From positions 1 to 58,128 of IMG/VR virus record IMGVR_UViG_3300030104_004696: DNA of 58,128 nucleotides, one strand, 5' to 3'. Positions 1 through 10,746 of this stretch are shown piece after piece (position 1 is the stretch's first letter; each line of letters begins with the position of its first letter). A program made the position numbers and the translations under genes. The notes under the pieces are model-generated. The model was not told where the DNA came from, did not search any database, and saw only the letters and a list, made by a program, of their open reading frames with translations. This DNA is from a virus. Taxonomy: Duplodnaviria > Caudoviricetes.

Positions 1-98
1 CAAAAGCAACATGGTGTGATTGGATTATCTCTAATTTAAAATATAAAGACAGGCAAAAAAGAAAGGAAGCTTTGGAATTATTAGTAAAAACTATAAGT
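1..98. repeat. Terminal overlap, left copy (circular assembly)
   Basis: Bases 1-98 are identical to 58030-58127, and one ORF reads through the junction. Confidence 0.95.
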
Positions 99-230
99 GA
101 TAAAGCAGAAAGTTTAGGGAAAAAATATGTATATGCACTGATTAAAAACAAACCTTTAATTAATGTGTATAAAAAAATAGGTTTTGTGGAGGGTAGTACC
201 TACACTCATGAAATGATTAAAACAATATAA
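1..230 (+). CDS. 3' part of GNAT-fold/internal virion protein A-like gene (starts at 57849 and wraps)
   Basis: Frame continues from 57849 as ...KATWCDWIISNLKYKDRQKRKEALELLVKTISDKAESLGKKYVYALIKNKPLINVYKKIGF...EMIKTI, with stop at 228-230. Confidence 0.7.
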   Translation, partial: KATWCDWIISNLKYKDRQKRKEALELLVKTISDKAESLGKKYVYALIKNKPLINVYKKIGFVEGSTYTHEMIKTI

Positions 231-232
231 TT

Positions 233-988
233 ATGGCAGTAGTAACAGCAGCAGTAGTAGGTATAGCAGCAACAGCAGCAAGCACAACAATGAGCTTTAG
301 AAATGCGGCAAAACAAAAAAAAGCAGCTGAAGAGGCAGACGCAGAAGCAAAAAAAGCAATGCAAGAGGCTAAATCAAAAGCTGAAGTAGATTATTTTGCT
401 TCATTAAATGTTCCGTTAGATGCTTATGAAGCAGAGTTTGAAAATCAATTAGCGGGTCAACAGCAAGCAATAGAGGCTCTTCAAGAAGGAGATGCCAGAG
501 CTTTAGCCGCTGGAGTAGGAAGGGTGGGAGCTCAGCAAACTGCAGCAGGAGAGCAAACTCGTATCGCTATGGGTGAAGAAATATCTGATCTTAACATGAT
601 GAAAGCAGAAAGTAAAGACGCTATAAATCAACAACTTATAGAGATGGATGTAGCTCAAGCAAGAGAACAAAACCAAAGGAGAGCAGATGCTGAATTTGCT
701 CGTAGCCAATCTATTCAAGAAGGAGTAGCTGGTGTAGGGGCTTTAGTAGGTCAAGTTGGGGATGCCGCTCCTTTATTTAGTCAAAGTGGGGCCACTCGAA
801 GAGGTGCTAAATTAGCTAAACAATCTCAAGTAGGTAAAGGAGACATGAATGATGCACAATATCAGAATAAATTAAGTGAGCTTGGCTTAACCAGAGAAGA
901 GTATAGGAGAGCAAAAGGAATGAATGATGCTCAATTAACAGAATTCTATAAAAGCAAAGGGTTTAACTTTCCGAAGAAAAATATTTAA
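233..988 (+). CDS. Putative internal virion (ejection) protein
   Basis: Ala/Gln-rich helical 251 aa protein with hydrophobic Ala/Gly N-terminus; lies after tail genes and before giant proteins, as in podovirus ejectosome modules. Confidence 0.6.
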   Translation: MAVVTAAVVGIAATAASTTMSFRNAAKQKKAAEEADAEAKKAMQEAKSKAEVDYFASLNVPLDAYEAEFENQLAGQQQAIEALQEGDARALAAGVGRVGAQQTAAGEQTRIAMGEEISDLNMMKAESKDAINQQLIEMDVAQAREQNQRRADAEFARSQSIQEGVAGVGALVGQVGDAAPLFSQSGATRRGAKLAKQSQVGKGDMNDAQYQNKLSELGLTREEYRRAKGMNDAQLTEFYKSKGFNFPKKNI

Positions 989-996
989 TAATAAAG

Positions 997-3033
997 ATGG
1001 CAAATAAATTCGCAAAAAAAACTATAGACTTTGATGTTTACGAAAGACAAGATAAAGATTCTTTAATTAATTGGAGTAAGGTTGGTGCTGATATTACTAA
1101 AGCTTTTAGTGATGTTGCCACTGCGAGAGAAACCAAGAAGGCTGCAATACAGAAAGCTTTTACTGATCAACAAGCGGCAGCGGCTGACATGGGAGAATAT
1201 AATGATGTTACCATTCAGCAATATGCAGTAAATGGGGGTCAAAAAATTGCTAACTACAATCAAGATATGTACAACTTAGTACAAAAAGGAATAGTGAAAC
1301 CTTCAGAATTTACTAAGTTTCAAAACAACGTGACTGCGAATTTAAAATTAGTAAAAGCTAATGCTCAGGCTTATGACCAAGCTTTTAAATTATATACTGA
1401 TCGTACTCAGACTGATAAAAATGCTGCATTAGAAAGATACCAAGCGGGTATGTTGGAAGGGTTTGCTTCTTTAAATAATTTAGAATTAGACTGGGATCCT
1501 ATGACAGGAGAGGCGGTAAACATTCGTGTGGACAATGAGGGTAATCCTATACCAGGAGAAAGTATGACGGTACAAAATATGAGTGTTATGTTAAAACAAC
1601 AATATGACGCATATGATCTTAATGGAAGTATAAATACAGTGAAAGATAGATTAGGTAGTGTTATTACTGCAGATTTAAAAAGATCTTTAGGTAATTCGGT
1701 AGTAATCACTGAAGAAATGGTAACCAAGGCAGAACAAGATTTTTTTGATCCTAAGAATAAAAGAGGACAGGATGTGTTGAGAAAAGAAGCCCTTTCGGTA
1801 TTAACAAATGATGTAGGGAAACAAGATTTATTAGCAGAAAACTCTGCTATTTTAACAGAAAAAGGAGAGCAATATAAAGTAGGTAGTTTAGAAGAATATG
1901 AGAAGTGGAATGAGGAGAATCCTGGAGACGAAAAAAATAATCCTATATTGAGAACTAAATTTGAAGGAGGTAGATTAGTTCCTGAGTTTAATGAGTTTCA
2001 AGATGAGGCTGCAACTAAGTATATGATGGGTATGATAAGTAGCTCTTTAGATGTAAAGCAAACTAAAGAAAGTAAAAACCTTCCATTTGCCCCTCAAGCA
2101 ACTCAAGCAAATATACAAGCTGGTCAAGACAAAGACATAGGAAAAGGTGCATTTACTACCCTAAGAACTTTTATTACAGGTACGGGAGCTGATGCTCAAG
2201 CGGCAGGAGATGAGTTAGCTATTATGTATAATAAAAATGTAAAAGAAGGAGAAAGGAAAATGAGAAGAATTGATCGTATGGCTAATGGTCAGTTTAGAGT
2301 TATATATTCAGAGGGAGATGATGATATACTTGGGGATCCAAATGGTTCAGTTAAAAATGCTGAAAGAGCATTATATGCTGTTATTCAAGCGGGAACGGAT
2401 ATGCCGCAACTTTATGATAGTGCTTTAAAACAATTTGATTTAAGTGCTGCGGAAGGCGATGTAACTTTAGATGATCCATTATCAGGATTTACACAACAAG
2501 CAGAATCAACATATACACCAGGTTTAGTGGCGGTATTAGAAGATGGTAAGTATGTAAATAAAAAACTATCTGAGGTTTCTAAGAGTATTTCTACAGAAAA
2601 TTGGTTGGGTAGAAATGCTAAACCTGAACAGTTAGTAACAGACTTTACAGAGCTCATTAACACACCAGGGTTTTTACCTGCAACATTTAAGACTGACTTG
2701 AAAAGAATAGGTCAAGCAATAGAGGTGGATACGGATGCTAATGGTGATGCTTTTTTTAGAATAGTGGATAGAAAAAACAATGGAAAAACAGTTCAGGTAA
2801 AAGATAGTGAAGGTAATTTATTTGATGCAATAATCACTATGGGAGATACATTCCTGGATAAAAACTCTGGAGAAGATATTGCTACCCAAATACAAGAGCT
2901 GGTTAAAAAGAAAAATACAGACATAAACAAAAGGTTTAATAGAACTGATAAAAACTTCCCGACCTATAAAGAATGGATAAAAGAAAATCAAGGGAAAACT
3001 TATACTGATTATATAAGAGCTAAAAACCAATAA
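997..3033 (+). CDS. Putative internal virion protein (678 aa)
   Basis: Long ORF between two other internal-protein candidates; no recognised catalytic motif. Confidence 0.55.
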   Translation: MANKFAKKTIDFDVYERQDKDSLINWSKVGADITKAFSDVATARETKKAAIQKAFTDQQAAAADMGEYNDVTIQQYAVNGGQKIANYNQDMYNLVQKGIVKPSEFTKFQNNVTANLKLVKANAQAYDQAFKLYTDRTQTDKNAALERYQAGMLEGFASLNNLELDWDPMTGEAVNIRVDNEGNPIPGESMTVQNMSVMLKQQYDAYDLNGSINTVKDRLGSVITADLKRSLGNSVVITEEMVTKAEQDFFDPKNKRGQDVLRKEALSVLTNDVGKQDLLAENSAILTEKGEQYKVGSLEEYEKWNEENPGDEKNNPILRTKFEGGRLVPEFNEFQDEAATKYMMGMISSSLDVKQTKESKNLPFAPQATQANIQAGQDKDIGKGAFTTLRTFITGTGADAQAAGDELAIMYNKNVKEGERKMRRIDRMANGQFRVIYSEGDDDILGDPNGSVKNAERALYAVIQAGTDMPQLYDSALKQFDLSAAEGDVTLDDPLSGFTQQAESTYTPGLVAVLEDGKYVNKKLSEVSKSISTENWLGRNAKPEQLVTDFTELINTPGFLPATFKTDLKRIGQAIEVDTDANGDAFFRIVDRKNNGKTVQVKDSEGNLFDAIITMGDTFLDKNSGEDIATQIQELVKKKNTDINKRFNRTDKNFPTYKEWIKENQGKTYTDYIRAKNQ

Positions 3034-3037
3034 TACC

Positions 3038-6000
3038 ATGGATGAGAAAGAGTTAGAAGCTTTATTTGAACTATTACAAGAAAGTGAGAGTGGTCTTGAA
3101 GATGTAAACGAGGCGAGAGCTATAATTGAAACTGAAGGGATAGGAGTTTTCTTTCCCTTAGTAGAAGATAGTTTTGAATCTACAGAACAATTTCAACAAG
3201 CTTTTCCAAGCTTAAAAAAAAAAGACGATTCACAATTTTCTTCCGAAGAGGAAGTTATGGTATCAGATACAGAACAAGTTCAAGAACCTGGCTCATCGGA
3301 GCCTTCTCCTCAAATACCATCTGAACCAGCTGGTAGTTCACTAACCACACCCCCTATTCAACCTGAAGTAGTTGAGACTACTGCAGAAGAAGTTGTCACA
3401 GAAACTCCTGTTGAGGAGGATCTGATGGAAACAGATACTGAAGAACTATATCAGTCTGATGGTTTAATTACTGATGAATATACTTCACCTGGTCTAATAG
3501 AGGCTACTGATGAAGATGTAGATAATCTCCCTGGTATATTAGGATTGTTCGATTATAACGAATGGATGGACTTTGGAGATGATGTAGTTAAAACTGTAGG
3601 GAACGCTGTCGATAGAGGTAACACAGTAGATGAAGCTTTAAAATTATTATATGAGGGAGCTGATGCTAAAGATATAGATATAGAAAACTTTCTAAAAGTA
3701 TTACAAGATTTAGAAGACGGGGAATATGTAAGAGAAGAGGAGGAATGGAATAAAGCTAAAGAAAAATGGGGTGGCGGAGCTTTTGGTTGGTTGATGGCTT
3801 ATTATGAAAACCCTACTCGAGCTCCATTAGCACTAATACAATCTGTTACTCAATTAGCAAACAAAGCATCTTTATCAGCGGGGGGAACTGTAGTGGCAGG
3901 AACAACAGCGGCAGGAGCTGCAGCGGCAGGAGCAGGTGCAGTACCTGCATTTGTAGCCAGTCTTCCTTGGGCTTATGGTGCGGCCAGTGCTACATTAGAA
4001 ACAGGTCTTACTTTTGCAGAGTTACTTGAAGAACAAGTAAAAGAAAATGGAGATGAATGGAATTTAGAAGGGGTAAAAAAAGTATTAAGTAACCCAGAGC
4101 AGCTTCAAGATTTAAGAATAAAATCTGCAGGTAGAGGTGCGGTTATAGGTTTAGTAGATAAATATACGGGAGGTATAACCAGTTCTATGGTTAAAAAAGC
4201 CGCTAAAGATGTAAGTAAACAAACCCTTAAAGAAGGACTTAAAACAGCGGTAAAAGTAGAAGCAGTAGGTTCTGTAGGTGGAGGTGTTGGGGAAGTTTTA
4301 GGTATGACGGTAGCTGGTCAAGAGTATGATGTAGCAGAAATTTTAGACGAGATGTTTATAGGAACTCAGGGTACCGCAGTAGAGGCGGGTTCTGCTATTA
4401 CATTAAATAAAATTAGACCTGCTGTTTATAAACTAAACTCTAAAGGAAAAGATGGTATTGTATCAGAGCAAGATATGATTACTTTTTTAAAGACAGCTAC
4501 TGATGCAGAAATAGCAGAGGCTGAAGTTACTATTGAAAATAATAGTGCTCTTAAAAAAATTGCGGAAGATAGAAAGAACAAAGCTCAAAAGGATGCTATA
4601 GTAAAAGCAGAATTAAAACGATTAGGCATTAATAATGAGCAAGATTTAAATGAACTTACATCTTTAGAGCATGAAAAAAGCAGGTTAGAAAAAGATAATA
4701 CCAGAGCTTCCAAGAGAAGATTGGTAGAGGTTAATAATAGAATAGATGAAATATTAGATAATACAAAAGTAGAAACAACTGCAGAAGTTGAGGTGACAGA
4801 TCAAGAAGCAAGAGAGTCTTTGGAGTTAGACAATGAATTAAACGCTCAAATGGAATCACGAGGTATGCCTAATTCAGGGCAACAAATTATTGATGATGCC
4901 GCAATACAAGAAAGAAAAAATAAACTAATAAAAGAGAAACAAGATGCCATTCAAGAGTCAAGCACAACGCAGGTGGATGTACAAGAATCTACCCAAGATA
5001 GCCAAGAGGTGGGAGAAAGAGACACCCCTGGGCAGCCTACCCAAGAAGGTCAAGAAAATCAAACAGATATTGAAACGCAACAAGAGACGGAAATAGAAAC
5101 TCCCGCTTTCGAGCAAGTAGATGAAACAGTATCTATGAATAGGAGTAAAATACCTCCTAATAAAACTCGTTTTGCGTTTAGCGAATTAGTAAAAGAAACT
5201 GCTGTTAAAGCAGGGAAAGCTTTAAAAAACATTGTACCTGAAATAAAAATTGTACTGCATGAAAATGCTAATGACTTTGCTGATCAAGCAAATGACAATG
5301 CTAATAACAGAGGGGTATATGATAACAATACTAAAACCATACATATTAATTTAGAAAAAGCTAAACGTTCTACTATAGCTCATGAAACTTTTCACGCAAT
5401 TATTTTAAGTAAACTTAAGACTGATGTTAATACTCAACAAGTTACTAAAAAAATGATGCAGTCGTTAGCAAAGACATTACCTAAAGATTCAGCTTTGTTA
5501 AAAAAAGTAAATGAGTTTGCGGCTAACTATGATGCTAATTTACAAAACGAAGAAAAGGTGGCAGAAATAGTAGGAGAATTATCTTCTAACTACCAGCAAT
5601 TATCGGCTCCTCAAAAGAGTTTAATTCGTAGATGGATAAATAAGATTGCCCAAACTTTAGGTATTAAAAAAGAATTAGATAGTGCTACCCAAACTGACCA
5701 GGATGTAATTGATTTACTTAATACTTTATCTAAAAAAGTTAGAACAGGAGAAACCATTACTGAGCAAGATGTTAGTGTATTAGATGAAGGAAGAGTTCAA
5801 AAACCTGTGAAGGAAACTAAAAAAACTTCTAAACCTAAACAGCGTCAGCAGAAAGGACAGCCTACAACTATGGCTAAACTTATGAACTTTTATAAGATGG
5901 ATAAAGATGGTTTTATAGAACCTAAAAATGTTTATGATTTAGATGCCTTGGAAGAATGGGCGGGGAAGGTAGGACATAGAGTGGACCGATCAAGAGGTGA

Positions 6001-9000
6001 TAGAGGAGAAACTACAAAGTATTATTTAAGAGATAAACAAACAGACAGAAAGTTTAATCCTGTTACCAAGCGTCAGCAGAAAGGAGAGATGACGGGTTAT
6101 GAAAGAATGATGAAAGAAGTAGAAGGGATTATTTCTAAGTCTGAAAAAAGAGGAGTTAAATTCAATAAGATTTCTGAAAATGTAATTGAATACATTAAAG
6201 GGTCTAAGGTTTATGAAAGAGCGACAGATATACAAAGAGAAAATTTATTAAGAGATGCTCGAGAAAGATTTGGTATTAAAGATAAACCTTCAGTAACAAT
6301 GAATAAGTTGTTTGATAAATTAAAAGACGTTAAGAAGATAACGGTATCAGACAAGACTTTATTGTATCAAAGGTTAAGAGATTTAAACAGAGGGGCTAAA
6401 ACTGCTAAGGCTGCTTTCGTAAAAGGAAGCAAAGAGTTAGCTGCTACCACTAAAGAATTGGTTTCATCAGGAAGAATATCTGCTAAACAAGCGGCAGCTG
6501 TTATCAGTAGATTCTCAAAAGTAAATATGTTTAATGACGCTTCTGTTAATTCCTTTATTGATTACATGGCTAATGTATTTAAAGATGCGGAGTATAGTTC
6601 TAAGATGGCATTTGCTAATAAGAAAAGAAAGCAAGCTAAGAAAAATATATTTACTAAATTAGGTAAAGCAGATGGTTTATTAGGTTCTTTAAATAGATTG
6701 CTAAGTGTAAACCCTACTCTGATTCCTGATAGTGTGCTTAATAAATATTTAGAAGTATTAGAAATGTTTGGTGAAAGAGCTTCTGTACTTACACTGGATG
6801 AAAAAAGTAAAAGCATTAAAGATGTAGAAAGTATTTTAGAAGCATTGGAGATGGAACAATCTAAAGTAGATGAACTCTCTTTAATTTTTGCTGACTCTAA
6901 TAATAAAGTTTATAATGATAACGACACTATAAATTATACTGAGACAGTAAAGAAAATGTTAGACGAGGGAGAAATTACTACTGAGTATGCGGACTTAATG
7001 CGTAAGTATAAAAAAGATATTTCACCTCAATTAGAAGACACGCAACAAACAGACGCAGAATTAGATCAAGAAAGACAAGATATAATAAAAAGATTTGATA
7101 ATGTAATTATAGATAAAGATTCTTTACCTACTCGAGAGGAAAGAGCTTTAGCTAAAAGATTAGATAAATTAATTAACACAGTAGCTTTAGACCAGTTGAA
7201 TATTACGCAGCTAAAAAACTTGTTAAAAGTTATAGATAATATAAACAACGGATACCTCCCTCACTATGCTCAGTTATTAGTAGAAAGCATGGAAGCGATT
7301 AATGATGGGGATACTTTAGCTGATGGTATAAGTAAAGGAAAGCCATTACCACTTTCTAAAATATATGCAAACTTTAAATCCCTATTAACCAGAAAAGATG
7401 CTTACTTAGAAATGATAAGAAGAAACCCTTTGTTTTATATTGACCAAGTTTTTGGTAATTTTAAAGGGAAAGATATTTATAATTCTTTATTTAATCCTCT
7501 TGCAAAAGCTAAAGCTACATTTGATAAAGCATTTTCTACTGTTCAACAGAGAATTGAGAGAGCACAAGATAAAGTAAAAAAATCTTTTAAATCGGATATG
7601 AATAAGTTATTAAAGTCCAGCTTTAAACAAACAGCTTACATGGTCCAATTAGAGTTTGAGTCTAATCCTGATAGTAAACAAGTAAATCCAGCTGCTGAAT
7701 ATATTAAGTCTACTATTAAAGCAATTAGAGATGGTAAAACTCATTACGCTGAAAAAGATGCTCAAGTATTAGAAGATATTTTAGAAGATTTTTCTGACTC
7801 AAAAGGAAATATAAATTTAGATAAACTTTATAATTCTTTTAATCCTGCAGAAAAAAATTCTATCAAAGTAATTCAAGATGTAAATAAAGAAATGCTTCCT
7901 CTTGCCGAATATACTTCGGGAGTTATAAGAGGAGATAAAATTAATCCAATAGATAATTATGTTCATTTAAATGTAATACAAGATACTACTGAAACAATTA
8001 AAGGAACAGATAGTGTAACGGAATTTAGTGATTCTTTAAACCCTTCTACAAAAGCTAAGTCTTTAATTTCTCGTACAGGTAAGGTAGCTCCTCTTAATTT
8101 TAATATTTACTCCTCAGCCCAAAGGGGAGCAAAGTTTGTTTTATTAGATAGGTACATGACAGAACCTGTGAGGACTGCTCGAAGAACTTTAAAATTTGCC
8201 GAAAATAAATTAGAGCAAGACAATAATGGTAGGATACCAAAAGAACAACGAAAGATATTTAATGCTATTAAAGGAGCTTTTAATGAATCTATAGAAATGG
8301 ATCTTGTCAACATGTTTACGGAAAGCACTTTAGGAGATAGAGCATTTGATTACATGAGTAAACAAGGATACCGTACTATGTTAGCGGGAACAGGAAGGTT
8401 TGCTGCCGAATTATTAGCCAACTTATCTTATGCGGTTTTTGTAAATCCACAAGCTTTATTAACTGCTGGTAAGCTCAGATCTTTTGTTATGTCAGCTGAT
8501 GCTGTCCAAGTAATGGATAATGTAAATAGTACCCAGACTAATCGTATGTTTCCTGGAGATAAGCTGTCAGGAAGAATGGTGGATACTAATATTTTAAATC
8601 AAAGTATAGGTAAAAAAGATAGTAAAACAAAAAGTATAGTTGCTAATAAACTACAGCAAATTTATAATTTATCTCTTAAAAAATATATGAATTTTGTTGA
8701 GCTAACAGCCGATACATTAATATCATCTCCTGATAAAATGATTATGAAACCAATATGGTTTGGAAGCTTTGCAAATGCTTTTAAAGAAGCAGCAGGAGTG
8801 GAGGTTGATTTGGATAAGATAGCAAAAAATGATGAGGCTTACATGACTAAATATGCGGAGGCAATTAAAACCGCTCAAGTTAAAGCTGATGAAAACTCTG
8901 TTCAAGCAGGAGCAACTACAAACCCTTACCAAACATTTTTAAAAGGGAAGACAAATAAAAATCAAAGCATTTCTGCAAGAGCCTTTAATATATTTAATAA

Positions 9001-9802
9001 TTTTATGCAGAACTTCTTAATCTTTGAGTATATGACAGCCCGTACTGGAATTAACGCTGCAGTAGGTAATGGTATGATAAATAAAATACAAGGAGCAAAA
9101 ATGATAGCGGGAGTTACTTCTCGTATGGTTCTTTATACCTTGTTAGTCAAAGTGATGGGCAGTGGTTTAATAGGATTGTTTAGTGATGAAGAAGAGGAGG
9201 AGAAAAAAGATATAGACAAGCAAGTAGGACAAGCGGTTCTATCTGCATTTTCCACTTTATTACTTGGAAGGGACTTTGGAAATGTAACTAAAAGTTTAAT
9301 AAATATAGGTGTTGAAAACTTTAATGAACAAAACCTTGAGATGTTAAGAGATGGTGAGTACGATCCATATAAAGATGCATTACAATACACTATTACTGCA
9401 GGAAGAAGAGAATATAAAGGTTATGATTTAGGAAAGATAATGCTTAACTTATTTGGCCCTTATACTCCGGCTATTAAAACATTATCTTTTGGAGTTTCAA
9501 AACTGGGTGAACCAAAGCGTAAAACAAAAGCTGCACGAGAAAGACAAGAAAGAGAGATTAGCGAAAGACTTCCTTTAGAAATTTTAGGAAACTTAGGATT
9601 AATTCCTATCTATAAAGATGTAAGAAAAGAGGTTATTGGAACTATATATAAAGACATAAACAAAAAACCAAGCACACCAATGAGTGATAAGGATATGAAA
9701 AAATATCATCCAGAATTATACAGGATGCAAAAAGATTTGGAAAAAAGAACTCCTCAAACTCCAAATATTCCTACACCTCCAACACCTAAATTACCCAGGT
9801 GA
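3038..9802 (+). CDS. Giant internal virion/polyvalent protein with zincin-like metallopeptidase motif
   Basis: 2254 aa; acidic N-terminus, Gly/Ala hydrophobic segments, and RGVYD...IHINL...TIAHETFHAII...EEKVAE (HExxH plus downstream Glu). Confidence 0.7.
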   Translation: MDEKELEALFELLQESESGLEDVNEARAIIETEGIGVFFPLVEDSFESTEQFQQAFPSLKKKDDSQFSSEEEVMVSDTEQVQEPGSSEPSPQIPSEPAGSSLTTPPIQPEVVETTAEEVVTETPVEEDLMETDTEELYQSDGLITDEYTSPGLIEATDEDVDNLPGILGLFDYNEWMDFGDDVVKTVGNAVDRGNTVDEALKLLYEGADAKDIDIENFLKVLQDLEDGEYVREEEEWNKAKEKWGGGAFGWLMAYYENPTRAPLALIQSVTQLANKASLSAGGTVVAGTTAAGAAAAGAGAVPAFVASLPWAYGAASATLETGLTFAELLEEQVKENGDEWNLEGVKKVLSNPEQLQDLRIKSAGRGAVIGLVDKYTGGITSSMVKKAAKDVSKQTLKEGLKTAVKVEAVGSVGGGVGEVLGMTVAGQEYDVAEILDEMFIGTQGTAVEAGSAITLNKIRPAVYKLNSKGKDGIVSEQDMITFLKTATDAEIAEAEVTIENNSALKKIAEDRKNKAQKDAIVKAELKRLGINNEQDLNELTSLEHEKSRLEKDNTRASKRRLVEVNNRIDEILDNTKVETTAEVEVTDQEARESLELDNELNAQMESRGMPNSGQQIIDDAAIQERKNKLIKEKQDAIQESSTTQVDVQESTQDSQEVGERDTPGQPTQEGQENQTDIETQQETEIETPAFEQVDETVSMNRSKIPPNKTRFAFSELVKETAVKAGKALKNIVPEIKIVLHENANDFADQANDNANNRGVYDNNTKTIHINLEKAKRSTIAHETFHAIILSKLKTDVNTQQVTKKMMQSLAKTLPKDSALLKKVNEFAANYDANLQNEEKVAEIVGELSSNYQQLSAPQKSLIRRWINKIAQTLGIKKELDSATQTDQDVIDLLNTLSKKVRTGETITEQDVSVLDEGRVQKPVKETKKTSKPKQRQQKGQPTTMAKLMNFYKMDKDGFIEPKNVYDLDALEEWAGKVGHRVDRSRGDRGETTKYYLRDKQTDRKFNPVTKRQQKGEMTGYERMMKEVEGIISKSEKRGVKFNKISENVIEYIKGSKVYERATDIQRENLLRDARERFGIKDKPSVTMNKLFDKLKDVKKITVSDKTLLYQRLRDLNRGAKTAKAAFVKGSKELAATTKELVSSGRISAKQAAAVISRFSKVNMFNDASVNSFIDYMANVFKDAEYSSKMAFANKKRKQAKKNIFTKLGKADGLLGSLNRLLSVNPTLIPDSVLNKYLEVLEMFGERASVLTLDEKSKSIKDVESILEALEMEQSKVDELSLIFADSNNKVYNDNDTINYTETVKKMLDEGEITTEYADLMRKYKKDISPQLEDTQQTDAELDQERQDIIKRFDNVIIDKDSLPTREERALAKRLDKLINTVALDQLNITQLKNLLKVIDNINNGYLPHYAQLLVESMEAINDGDTLADGISKGKPLPLSKIYANFKSLLTRKDAYLEMIRRNPLFYIDQVFGNFKGKDIYNSLFNPLAKAKATFDKAFSTVQQRIERAQDKVKKSFKSDMNKLLKSSFKQTAYMVQLEFESNPDSKQVNPAAEYIKSTIKAIRDGKTHYAEKDAQVLEDILEDFSDSKGNINLDKLYNSFNPAEKNSIKVIQDVNKEMLPLAEYTSGVIRGDKINPIDNYVHLNVIQDTTETIKGTDSVTEFSDSLNPSTKAKSLISRTGKVAPLNFNIYSSAQRGAKFVLLDRYMTEPVRTARRTLKFAENKLEQDNNGRIPKEQRKIFNAIKGAFNESIEMDLVNMFTESTLGDRAFDYMSKQGYRTMLAGTGRFAAELLANLSYAVFVNPQALLTAGKLRSFVMSADAVQVMDNVNSTQTNRMFPGDKLSGRMVDTNILNQSIGKKDSKTKSIVANKLQQIYNLSLKKYMNFVELTADTLISSPDKMIMKPIWFGSFANAFKEAAGVEVDLDKIAKNDEAYMTKYAEAIKTAQVKADENSVQAGATTNPYQTFLKGKTNKNQSISARAFNIFNNFMQNFLIFEYMTARTGINAAVGNGMINKIQGAKMIAGVTSRMVLYTLLVKVMGSGLIGLFSDEEEEEKKDIDKQVGQAVLSAFSTLLLGRDFGNVTKSLINIGVENFNEQNLEMLRDGEYDPYKDALQYTITAGRREYKGYDLGKIMLNLFGPYTPAIKTLSFGVSKLGEPKRKTKAARERQEREISERLPLEILGNLGLIPIYKDVRKEVIGTIYKDINKKPSTPMSDKDMKKYHPELYRMQKDLEKRTPQTPNIPTPPTPKLPR
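5841..6085 (+). repeat. 17-bp direct repeat AGCGTCAGCAGAAAGGA flanking an in-frame cassette
   Basis: Exact copies at 5841-5857 and 6069-6085, 228 nt (76 codons) apart; both encode RQQKG. Confidence 0.85.
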
Positions 9803-10224
9803 TAACTAAATATTTTAAATATCTTTTTGACATATTAAAATATTACGATGTCCAACCTTTACTTTTATTTTGGTGTGTGTCAGATATATTAAACAATCAA
9901 GTCCTTTGGACTGACTATCAATATTGGTTAGACTTAGGTCAGCCTAATACTTATTACTTATACGGGGCTTACTTAATAGTAAGTATAGGGATATTTACAT
10001 CTATGTATTGTATTAAAAGATGTACGTTTTTTGTATCCGTATATCTGTTGCTAACTTTGTTTGCCACTATTAGGTATGTAGTAGACCTGTCTTGTAATCC
10101 TGAGTCTTCATTTGATTTAGCAGCATTAAAAGCTTTAACCATTACGTTTTTTTATTTGTTTATTTGGATATGGATATGGGTTAAACTTAAAAATGAAATC
10201 CTGTATAGAAAAATAAAATCATAA
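9799..10224 (+). CDS. Multi-pass membrane protein
   Basis: Three to four hydrophobic segments; GTG start overlaps the upstream stop. Confidence 0.6.
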   Translation: MITKYFKYLFDILKYYDVQPLLLFWCVSDILNNQVLWTDYQYWLDLGQPNTYYLYGAYLIVSIGIFTSMYCIKRCTFFVSVYLLLTLFATIRYVVDLSCNPESSFDLAALKALTITFFYLFIWIWIWVKLKNEILYRKIKS

Positions 10225-10511
10225 TGGATCCAAACTTAACAACAATAATTACATCATTAATTGCTGTTCTCTTTGGAGGAGGAGCTTGGAAGTTTTATGA
10301 ATTTTTAGTAAGAAAGAAAGCTAAAGATAAACAAAGCATTAAGTCCGAGCAGACTATGTACAGAGATGATCTTATCCTTAGAGTGGAAAAATTAGAATCA
10401 GAAAAAGATAAATGCAGTGAAAAACTAATGGAATTAAGCAGTCAGCTTGCGGCTTTAACTGTAGAATTAGAGTTCATTAAAAAAGAAAACGAAAGACTGA
10501 AATATAAATAA
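10224..10511 (+). CDS. N-terminal TM plus coiled-coil protein (holin/spanin-like)
   Basis: TIITSLIAVLFGGGAW transmembrane segment followed by a heptad-rich tail. Confidence 0.5.
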   Translation: MDPNLTTIITSLIAVLFGGGAWKFYEFLVRKKAKDKQSIKSEQTMYRDDLILRVEKLESEKDKCSEKLMELSSQLAALTVELEFIKKENERLKYK

Positions 10512-10512
10512 T

Positions 10513-10746
10513 ATGAAAAACTTTAATGAAGACCTTTGTATGAGGCACAGTTATAATTTATTGTTAGGTAAAAAAACATTAGATGAATTAATTGAAGAGA
10601 CAGCAGAGTTAACTTTGATGTTTAATCCTGCACGAAAATATGTTAAGATGGAGGATGATCTTTATGATACTCTAATAGAATACTTTACTTATACTGAAGA
10701 GTATGAGAAGTGTGCAGAGCTTCTTAAAGCAAAGAGCTCTCTTTAA
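10513..10746 (+). CDS. Hypothetical protein with UvrB/UvrC-like C-terminal helix motif
   Basis: EEYEKCAELLK motif; last gene of the plus-strand arm. Confidence 0.5.
   Translation: MKNFNEDLCMRHSYNLLLGKKTLDELIEETAELTLMFNPARKYVKMEDDLYDTLIEYFTYTEEYEKCAELLKAKSSL

Noticed and set aside
1-98. Terminal repeat as a biological direct terminal repeat
   Set aside because: It falls mid-gene and is about one assembly k-mer long, so it is best explained as circular assembly overlap.
3212-3226. A10 run in the giant gene as a frameshift or phase-variation site
   Set aside because: The frame stays open for 2254 aa and no stimulatory structure or useful alternative ORF is evident.
503-9390. Short minus-strand ORFs inside the internal protein genes, and similar shadow ORFs elsewhere
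   Set aside because: They are antisense to long, well-supported genes and have no motifs, promoters or leaders.
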